The position numbers and the translations under genes are program-made. Source: Squalus acanthias (Eukaryota). From it: a stretch of DNA of 64,000 nucleotides. The notes beneath the pieces are model-generated. The model ran no database searches, was not told where the DNA came from, and was given only the letters and a program-made list of their open reading frames with translations. Of the stretch, positions 49,821 through 59,461 are shown in pieces. The stretch's first letter is position 1. Each line of letters opens with the position of its first letter. The stretch is from positions 8,680,001 through 8,744,000 of the forward strand of contig CM059452.1 of the NCBI GenBank assembly GCA_030390025.1. Direction: 5' to 3'.

Positions 49821-50225
49821 CGCCTGTGTGTGTGTGTGTCTCCCCCAATCTCTATATAAAGATGAGAGATAATTATATAGAAAAATGAATAAAAGGAAGA
49901 CAGAAGGAGGATGTAAAGTTTGGTTTGTAATATTGGAAAATAATGACTGGTTGAAGCTGTTCCCGGTAACCTCGCCACAAGCAGGCTGTTTAAAATCGAT
50001 TCAATATACCCATTTGAGTTTGTTGTAAAGTGTTTGTGCAACAGAGCAGCAGCAGGTTATTGGGAAAGAGACGGACACACGTTACTCGCAGGTCTCTGTC
50101 TCTCACTGTGGAGTCTGAATGATCGCTTCTGTTTAGCGGGGTGAGAGCGCCCTCTGGTGAGCACTAACTGGAACTCTCAGTGTGGGGTTTTTGTACGGGA
50201 TCCGCTGTATCTCTGCAGCAGTGTG

Positions 50226-50725
50226 GGGCTCATGGCACAGAAATACACGGCGATGTCGGAGATCAGGAGGTTGCTGATCGTTAGCTCGGTAATCTTGGTA
50301 GTTTTATTAAATGTAGAAGATAATCGGTCTGCGTCAGTGAAGTCGCGGTTCCTGTTTACTATCCCTGCAATAATATAAACCACGTACTGTGGAGGCTGCC
50401 CGGGGTGTTGACTGTACCAGAACACTGTAGTTACAGTAGTGCTTGTTTTCACGGTGCAGGTTAAAGTGACATTACTTTCCTCTTCAACTGTCATTTCAGG
50501 AACCGGCTGTTCCACTGTGTCTTGGCGGCTCCATTCTAAAATGACATAATAGTAATATTCACCATCATCATCACCTCAATTAACAGAACCATCATCATCA
50601 CCATCATTTCACCAATACTAACACCTGGGTTACAGCAGTCGGGGGCAGAATGCATTTTTACTGGGAAGGAAATACTTACTGACAAGTGATATAATGATGA
50701 TGAGCGGTGCGAGACGGTTCCGCAT
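50226..50725 (-). CDS. TCR V segment, family A, intact
   Basis: Leader 50725-50680, V exon 50535-50226 (2-aa insertion in DFTDADR). RSS CACACTG(50225-50219)-24-ACAAAAACC(50194-50186). CTCF-like motif 50146-50160. Confidence 0.9.
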
Positions 50726-51569
50726 GACACTCCCTGGGTCTATAACTCTGCTGTCCGGGAAATCCTCTATCGAAGCAGAAGTAAAGACTCCCGCGCCACT
50801 GCACTGCTGAAACAACCAATGCCAAACAGGGAACAGCGGCAGCAATCTCTTCAATAACACAGGGCAGGCAAGGCGGGTCAAAGCGAGAGCAGCAAACGGA
50901 AGCTGTGGGAGGGGTTGCCGCGGGCAGTGTTACCGCAAGATTTGTTTCTACAATTTCCAGTTGATAACGGCAAGAAACATGTGACCACGGCGCTCTCTGC
51001 CGGTGACTCTGAGAATTTCACACTGTCAGGATAAAGGACAGAGTAAAGTGTGAGTTAATCGGTGGGGCAGTATCCAGAGGCCTGTTATTGGGAGACAATG
51101 TGTATTGTTTCAGACAATTCAGCTTTGTAAATAGGGGGAAGGGAGATGTGAATTAATTTAAAGGAAAGGACATTTTACTTTATTCCTGAATCTCTTTCTT
51201 TATGGCTTTCTCTCACCTTTTTGCTTTGTGTTTCTCACTCGTTATTTCTCACTTTCTTTCATTTCTCTTTCCATCCTTTCCAAATTTGCTGTCCTCTACA
51301 CTCTCGTTATTTCACCGCTTTTTCTCTTTCTCTCTCTCGTTCTCTGCTTTCTCTTTCTTTTCCTCTGTCTCTGTTTCCAACTCTCTTCATTTCTCACTTT
51401 CTTTAAATCTCTCTCTTCAATATATCATCATTGTTCTGTGCTCAGTCCCTCTGCCCTCCGATTATTATAACCGATCCCCTTCCCAATCCCGTTACTCCAA
51501 ACACAGCAGAGCGGCGCTCCCCTCGGGGCAGGTTTCTGTGCGGACTCTCCGCCTGTTTGTTACACTGTG

Positions 51570-51903
51570 GGCTCACGGCGCAGAGATAGGTGGCGCTGTC
51601 TGTCACTCGCGCGTCTCTCACAGTCAGGGCACTGAGTTTATTGCCTCCCCCGATTGAAGCAGTGATCCTCCCGTGTTGATCGGTCCCGCTTGTGGCCATC
51701 ACCAGATGCTGGAGGGTCTGATCCGGGTGCTGTCTGTACCAGTGCAGGACGTTAAACCCAGCGGTAGCGGAGCAGTTGATGGACACGATTCCCTCTTCAC
51801 TAACAACCACCCGCCGAGGGAGCTGCTTCAACTCATCTTCACCGCTCACATCCGTACAGATCAGAGTGTAAATCAGCAGGGAAACTCTGTAAATCCGGAG
51901 CAT
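51570..51903 (-). CDS. TCR V segment, family B, leader and V in one exon
   Basis: MLRIYRVSLLIYTLICTDVSGEDELKQ..DSATYLCAVS. RSS CACAGTG(51569-51563)-23-ACAGAAACC(51539-51531). Confidence 0.85.
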
Positions 51904-52081
51904 TATCCGATCAGATGAAAACGCTACTGAAGGAATTGTACACGGAGTGCGGGTTAGAACCAGGACACGGATGTTATATTCAGGATAATTAACAAGGAGA
52001 CAAACACCCGCTTCATGTTGAAATCAGAGGCTTCTTCCTGTCGAAATAATTAAACAAGCTGTGTCTCAGGGTTTACCCAAC

Positions 52082-52475
52082 CCGGACCGCCCACACTCAG
52101 TGTTTCTCACTGACACCTGCTCACACTGTCTCTGAGCTCACACCGGACCGCCCACACTCGGTGTTTCTCACTGACACCAGCTCACACTGTCTCTGAGCTC
52201 ACACCGGGCCGCCCACACTCAGTGTTTCTCACCTACACCAGCTCACACTGTCTCTGAGCTCACACCGGGCCGCCCACACTCAGTGTTTCTCACTGACACC
52301 TGCTCACACTGTCTCTGAGCTCACACCGGACCGCCCACACTCGGTGTTTCTCACTGACACCAGCTCACACTGTCTCTGAGCTCACACCGGGCCGCCCACA
52401 CTCAGTGTTTCTCACCTACACCAGCTCACACTGTCTCTGAGCTCACACCGGGCGGCCCACACTCAGTGTTTCGCA
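52082..52475. repeat. 61-bp minisatellite, about 6.5 copies
   Basis: Unit starts at 52082 and 52143; fewer than two copies in the paralog at about 5060-5163. Confidence 0.95.
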
Positions 52476-52479
52476 CAAA

Positions 52480-53335
52480 TTTATCTCTCTCCCTCTGTTG
52501 GTGTCTCTGTGTATCACTGTGCTCAGTCACACCTTTATCTCTCTCCCTCTGTTGGTGTCTCTCTGTATCACTGTGCTCAGTCTCACCTTTATCTCTCTCC
52601 CTCTGTTGGTGTCTCTCTGTATCATGTGCTCAGTCACACCTTTATCTCTCTCCCTCTGTTGGTGTCTCTCTGTATCTGTGTGCTCAGTCACACCTTTATC
52701 TCTCTCCCTCTGTTGGTGTCTCTCTGTATCACTGTACTCAATCTCACCTTTATCTCTCTCCCTCTGTTGTTGTCTCTCTGTATCACTGTACTCAGTCTCA
52801 CCTTTATCTCTCACCCTCTGTTGGTGTCTCTGTATCACTGTACTCAGTCTCACCTTTATCTCTCTCCCTCTGTTGTTGTCTCTCTGTATCACTGTGCTCA
52901 GTCTCACCTTTATCTCTCTCCCTCTGTTGGTGTCTCTCTGTATCATGTGCTCAGTCTCACCTTTATCTCTCTCCCTCTGTTGGTGTCTCTCTGTATCACT
53001 GTACTCAGTCTCACCTTTATCTCTCTCCCTCTGTTGGTGTCTCTCAGTAGCACTATATTCTGTCACACCTTTATCTCTCTCCCTCTGTTGGTGTTTCTCT
53101 GTATCACTGTACTCAGTCTCACCTTTATCTCTCTCCCTCTGTTGGTGTCTCTCAGTAGCACTATATTCTGTCACACCTTTATCTATCTCCCTCTGTTGGT
53201 GTCTCTCTGTATTACTGCGCTCAGTCACACCTTTATCTATCTCCCTCTGTAGGTGTCTCTCTGTATCACTGTGCTCAGTCACACCTTTATCTAGCTCCCT
53301 CAGCTGGTGTCTCGCTGTATTACTGTACTCAGTGC
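52480..53335. repeat. 54-bp minisatellite, about 16 copies
   Basis: Unit TTTATCTCTCTCCCTCTGTTGGTGTCTCTCTGTATCACTGTGCTCAGTCACACC. Confidence 0.95.
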
Positions 53336-54068
53336 TACGATCCCTACCATGAGAACGAAGGTTCTTTTTTGACACAGAGGATTGTTGGGACATAAATTTC
53401 CCAACCAAAAGCCGCGAGGAAGCTGAATCCATAATAACGTTTAAAACGTAAATAGGTTAATATTTGAAAAAGAAACTCACGTGTGTAGTGAAAGAGGAGA
53501 AGAATTGGACTGAGCGAACAGTTTCCTCGGAGAACTGTCACAGGTCCAATGTGGTCCTTCTGATTACGGGAGTCAGCTGGGCAAATCAATCGATATATTG
53601 ATGACCGATTGAGTTTCAGCTGAAGCAGAAGATGTGAGACTGTCACGGACATTAACTCTAGCAGATCTCGTATGACTGACAGCGAAACTGAGGTGAGAAA
53701 CCGAGGCCTTCTATCGTGATGTCTCCTGGCTCCTGAACCATTGCAGGGAAGTTATGCAGAGGCAGAGAGCGCGGTCTCATGGAGTCTGGGCAATTTGCAG
53801 CCTCAATGATCACCGCCAGCTTTAATACAGAGTGAGACGGAGCTTTGAGTAAACAGTATAAATCAGTCATGGGGGATATTCACCTCTTCCTGCTCTAATT
53901 ATCATGTGCGTGTTACCTAACTGGTTTTAATCATTCTGCTCTATAAACTGCTGTTTTTCAATGTCAATGGAGTTGGGAGGAGACTCGTGTGGAGCATAAA
54001 GACAGGTATAGACCAGTTGGGACGAATGACCTGTTTCTGTGCTGTACATTCTGTGTAATTCTTAAATT

Positions 54069-54353
54069 GTGTCCAATGATGCTCCGAGTTTGGCCCAGAT
54101 TTCTCAACCTGCCCGAGAGTTCGCAGTGGAAGGAAACCCCGATAGGATCCAGTGCGGGTTCAGCAACACCGACAACACCTGTTGGTACAGCCGACTGGTG
54201 AGCGAGGCCCCGGGATACATCTATTGTAGATTCAAAGGAGAGCGCCACCAAGGCCGGTTTAAGATCCACACCGACCGGGATCAAAGTCTGAGCACACTCG
54301 GCATCGACCAGGCAGAGTTGGTGAATACCCGAATCTATTACTGTGCCGTGGGC
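54069..54353 (+). pseudogene. Divergent V exon; open frame, no clean leader or acceptor, extra Cys pair
   Basis: ..IQCGF..TCWYSR..YIYCRF..TRIYYCAVG. RSS CACAGTG(54354-54360)-23-ACAATATCT(54384-54392). Confidence 0.7.
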
Positions 54354-55009
54354 CACAGTGTGGGGGAAAGGCCCCGCTCTCCTACAATATCTCCTCTCTG
54401 AGCAAAGCCTTGGTAGATTGGGTGACAGTCAAATCGGTCCCGAAATCGACCAGTTCAGGCAAAGGGCGGTGGTCAATCCGCAGTTATATTTCTCAATATT
54501 AATTAAGGTGAAATTCCTTTTTATTTCACATTTCTGCTCATTAATTTTATAATTTCCTTACAGTTTTTTTTTCTATTTCCCACCGCTAGTTTCAGCCCCT
54601 GGTTTTAACCCACTTCACTGCTGAAAACTTTGGCAACTATCGAATAATATAATAATTCTGCAATTCCTGTCGCCAATCTGCTTGACCCGAATTTGTAACG
54701 AATGTAAAAGTGACGCAGCCCTTATATAAAGGCACAGTTGTATTATTTCCGATGGGGACATTATTACTGAATTCAGTTCCTCACAGGTGGATCCCACGTG
54801 TGACAACACTGCCCGCGGCAGCCCCGCCCACAGCTTCCGTTTGCTGCTCTCGCTCTGACCCGCCTTGCCTGCCCTGTGTTATTGGAGGGATTGCTGCCTC
54901 TGTTCCCTGTTTGGCATTGATTGGATCAGCAGTGCAGTGGGGCGGGGATCTGTATTTCTGCTCCATTGAGGATTTCCAGGACTGCAGAGTTACAGACTCA
55001 GGGAGCGTC

Positions 55010-55484
55010 ATGTGGAACCGTCTTGCACCGCTCCTCATCATTATCTCACTTCTCAGTAAGTATTTCCTTCCCAGTAAACATCCATTCTCCCCTTGACTGC
55101 TGTAGCCCAGGTGTTATTATTGGTGAAATGATGATGAAGATGATAATGTGATGATGACTTTTACTATTATTTAAGCTTAGAATGGAGCCACCAAGACACA
55201 GTAGAACAGCCGATTCCCGAAATGATGGTTGAAGAGGAAAGTAATCTCACACTAACCTGCACCTTGAAAACCAGCGATCCTAACCCTTCTGTATTCTGGT
55301 ACAGTCAGCGCCCCGGGAAGAATCCACAGTACATGCTTTATCTCTATGGAACGATAGTAAACCGGGATGCTGGCTTCACTGACCGATTCTCTCCTACGTT
55401 CAATCGAACTACCAAGATTACCGAGCTAACGATCGGCAAAGCCCTGATCTCCGACACCGCCGCGTATTTCTGTGCCATGAGCCC
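55010..55484 (+). CDS. TCR V segment, family A, intact
   Basis: Leader 55010-55055, V exon 55181-55484. RSS CACACTG(55485-55491)-24-ACAAAAACC(55516-55524). CTCF-like motif 55549-55563. Confidence 0.9.
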
Positions 55485-55958
55485 CACACTGCTGTAGAGA
55501 TATAGCGGCTCCCGCACAAAAACCCACACTGAGAGTTCCAGATAGTGCTCACCAGAGGGCGCTCTCACCCCGATAAACAGCATCAATAATTCAGCCTCCA
55601 CAGTGAGAGTCACAGGGACCTTCTTAAAAGGGAAATAAAACACAACTCTCAACAAGAACCGGTGAGGCTCACCGGCGGAATTATATTAGTTGGTGATTTT
55701 AACTCGCATTTATAGTAAAAAAATACATTGCGCAAAGGCAACTGCGGCGCCTTTTGTCTTTCGATGCCCTTTCCGTGCCTCCCTGTCCCTTCTCGTCCCC
55801 TGTCTCCACTCTTTACTTGTAATCTTATGAATTTCCTTCTTCCAGTGTTTAGTTTAACGATGTAAAGCCTTTGCTGCTGCTCGGCATATTAATTCAGAAC
55901 CGCTCCAACCTAGCTTCCCAAAATAGGAATTGCAGACAGGGCAGTCAATAAACGCAGT

Positions 55959-56070
55959 GGCCTAGAGATTCGTCTCGGTCCATGGAGCTGAATATCAGGC
56001 GCTGCGTATAACCGGCGGCCGATCCGATACCGCCCGTCTTGCGCCACTGCCCGGGACGAATTTCTGGGCC
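55959..56070. mobile_element. 112-bp MITE with GGCC-type TIRs
   Basis: GGCCTAGAGATTCGTCTCGG versus inverted GGCCCAGAAATTCGTCCCGG (17 of 20 match). Confidence 0.7.
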
Positions 56071-56321
56071 GAAATTTCTCACACCCTGTGCACCGGCATC
56101 TGAACAGTTCTAAGATTATCCACCAGAGGGCGTCAGATCACAATATTCCTTTTGTGGCTCAGACCCCGGGGCTTTGAGTTAAATGTTGTTTCTCGAATTG
56201 TTGTGCAAATGTTGGAATTAACATTTGAAACCACGTGCCACAATGGTCTGGGTCGGTACGTCGGGCAATAATCATCACAAAGGTCATCCATCACATCGAA
56301 GGATATAATTCTGAAACTAAC

Positions 56322-56749
56322 ATAGAAACATAGAATCTAGGAGCAGGAGTAGGCCATTCGGCCCGTCGAGCCTGCTCCACCATTCAATACGATCATGGCT
56401 GATCATCCAAATCCAGTACCCTGTCCCTGCTTTAATCCCCACAGTACACATATCCCACCCGACCCCCGTAACCCCACGTATTTAATTCCCCCTAACATAT
56501 CCCATCCTATCCCCATAACCCCACATATTCAATCCCTCTCTAACACTAAGGGTCAATTTATCATAGCCAAATCAACCTAACCCGCACATTTTTGGACTGT
56601 GGGAGGAAACCGGAGCACCCGGAGGAAACCCACGCAGACACGGGGAGAATGTGCAAACTCCACACAGACAGTCACCCGAGGTCAGATTCGAACCCGGGTC
56701 TCTGGCGCTGTGAGGCACCAGTGCTAACCACTATGCCACCGTGTTGCCC
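56322..56749 (-). mobile_element. HE1-like V-SINE with a CR1-derived tail
   Basis: tRNA-like head, V-domain GGGTTTCCTCCGGGTGCTCCGGTTTCCTCCCACAGTCC, and a tail matching the CR1 3' end at 60800-60884. Confidence 0.85.
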
Positions 56750-56762
56750 ATTGCCATTGTGA

Positions 56763-57391
56763 CCATCTTTGTGCCTGTAATGATTAATTTTAGGATCCCT
56801 AATTTTCAGATTTTGGATTTGCAATGAGAGAGAATGGAGGGAGCGGCGCTTTTCAGCAACTTACCGCTCATCTGCTTAAAGTGCCCGGGAGCAGAGTGGT
56901 GGGACCGGGGTCAAACCCCCAGGGTGAGGTGTCGGGCGGGATCTCGTTAACCAATGGGCAGGACAAGTGAGTGGAAAGGTGTGGAAGATGGGGAAAGGAA
57001 TATTAAAATGTGAGTGAAAGACACATCCTGAGATCTGATTTCTGAAGCCATTAACTGCACCGATGGTGGAGATCGAGGTTAAAGGAGCGAAAGACAAACC
57101 GGAACCGCCTGTAGTTTGTTTCTTTTCCGGCGCCACATCCTTTTCTAATATGAGTGAAAGTTGTGAGGACAGTTTTTCATGTCCTGCTGGTGTTGAACTC
57201 TTGTTAACAAGATCCCGCCCGACACCTCACCCTGGAGGCTTGACCCCGGTCCCGTCGCTCTACTCCCGGGCAGTTTAAGCAGATGTGCGGTAAGTTGCTG
57301 AAAAGCGCCGCTCCCTCCATTCTCTCGCATTGCAAATCCAAAATCTGAAAATTAGGGATCCTAAAATTAATCATTACAGGCACAAAGATGG
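56763..57391. repeat. Long inverted repeat, arms about 190 bp
   Basis: 56763-56951 is the near reverse complement of 57203-57391. Confidence 0.9.
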
Positions 57392-57992
57392 CTCCAATTC
57401 ACCAGATATAACTAAATTTTTTGAATGCATACCACAGAAGAGGACGGTGCTTGAAACACTGCTGAAATTACAGGGAGAGCTTATTCTTCATGTCCATTCA
57501 ATAGTTTGTTCAGTAACAGCTGATATCATCGTTCTAATATAACGGATCTATAAATCACTCCGATAAAATGCCGAGTCATTGATAGTTCACCAGTTAATGG
57601 ACCCGTGAGGGAAAGCTCACTAGAGTCACGGTTACCGGTGTCCTGACGGCAAAACTAACGGAATTATGGAGAAAGAATTGACCTCGGAATAAACCATAAT
57701 TCATTAACAATCCTTGAGCTTCCCGGTTACAATAACCTGACCAGGATTTTATTCCCACCCCCGGTCTCTTAAAGCGGAACCATTCCATATAAGGACACTG
57801 ACTGTAGCCCAGCTCGGTGTGTTTCCATTCACTGACAGCCAGCTCACCACCTACCGGTCTCACAGCAACACTGGGGACACAAGGAAGTGAGGTGAGAGCA
57901 TCCTGAGACACGACAGCAGATTAATGAGGGCGGGGGATTAGAACGGGAGTCTTCAAATATCCAACACCCCTTTTACAGAGCGGACAGCGACA

Positions 57993-58458
57993 ATGCGGCT
58001 ACTCAGCATCTGGGCTGTGTGGGGGGCATTTCTGACAGGTAATTGTGGTGAAAACTCATTTCATCTTTTCTCTCATTTCTCATATGTTTTGATTCTGAAT
58101 TTGAAACACCCGCCGGTCTGATCTTTTCCTGCTTGAACATGTTTTTCAGATCTGAGTCTTGGAGATTCTGTCACTCAGCCGCTGTCCCCAGGAGTTAAGA
58201 CAGAAGGAGAAGCGGTGACTTTAAGCTGTACCTATGATACTACACTGAGCAGCTATTATTTATACTGGTACCGGCAACACCCAGACACACAGCCCGAGTT
58301 TATACTGAGGAAAGACTCGAGCGGTGATGAATATAAAGCAGATTTTGCTCAAACCCGTTTCTCTGCTGAGCTCCAGACCTCGACTAAATTCACCAGTTTA
58401 ACCATCTCCGGGCTGCAGCTGACTGACGCTGCCGTGTATTACTGCGCTCTCTGGGACT
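57993..58458 (+). CDS. TCR alpha/delta-type V segment, family D, intact
   Basis: Leader 57993-58038, V exon 58150-58458 (..LSCTY..LYWYRQ..DAAVYYCALW). RSS CACAGTG(58459-58465)-23-ACAAAAACT(58489-58497). Confidence 0.92.
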
Positions 58459-58744
58459 CACAGTGATGGAAAGCAGTCTCAGCCCTGTACAAAAACTGCC
58501 ATTGGACTGTCGGGCGGAGCTCCTGTCTGTTGGGGTTGTGTGGAATCGCGGGCAGATGCAGCCATAATGAGCAGCGCGCTGTCAGGCGCTCAAATACACA
58601 CCGAGAGGAAACCAAATTAACCTCGGATCAAACTGTCACCCAACTGTTTCCAGGAGCGGCCGAGAAAACAAACTGCAGAATCCAAGCGGTCCAAAAGATC
58701 GATCACAGAATGAATTCTCTTTTCTGTTTCTGATCAGCTGTTTT

Positions 58745-59180
58745 CCCTGTCTCAGTTATTACTGCACCAGACCATGTCTCTGTTTATATTACACAAGGCC
58801 CTGTCTCAGCTATTACTGCACTAGACCCTGTCTCTGTTTATATTGCACTGGGCCCTGTCTCAGTTATTACTGCACTAGACCATGTCTCTGTTTATATTAC
58901 ACTAGACCATGTCTCTGTTTATATTACACAAGGTCCTGTCTCAGCTATTACTACACTAGGTACTTTCTCTGCTTATATAAGACCAGACCCTGTATCAGCT
59001 ATCAATGCACTATACCTTGTCACTGTTTATTTTTCACACGGCCCTGTCTCAGTTGCTACTGCATTAGACAATGTCTCTGTTTATATTACACTAGGCCCTT
59101 TCTCAGTTAGTACTGCACTAGATAATGTCTCTATTTATATTAAATTAAATCCTGCCTCTGTTTACGTTGCAGGAGACCAT
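58745..59180. repeat. 27-bp minisatellite, opposite strand to 12185-16400
   Basis: Unit GACCCTGTCTCTGTTTATATTACACTA. Confidence 0.9.
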
Positions 59181-59461
59181 GTTTGAGTGATAACAGCACC
59201 ACACCTTATCGCCTGTTTATCCCTCTATCCACCTCATCAATTCCTTTCAACATTTTCAACACCTCAATTATATCACCCCGTAATCTTCAATATTCAAGGG
59301 AATATAAACCCAGCCTATGCGCCCTGTCCTCATAATTTAACCCTGGCGAATCAGCGCTGCACCCCCTCCGACGTCAATGTGTCTTCCTGAGGAGCGGTGC
59401 CCAGTACTAAAAGCAGTCCGCTAAACAGAGTCTAACCAGAGATGTATATTAATGTCAGGGT

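Noticed and set aside
52466-53432. Long repetitive ORFs of 194-301 aa
   Set aside because: Open in several frames on both strands because the 54-bp unit is a multiple of three.
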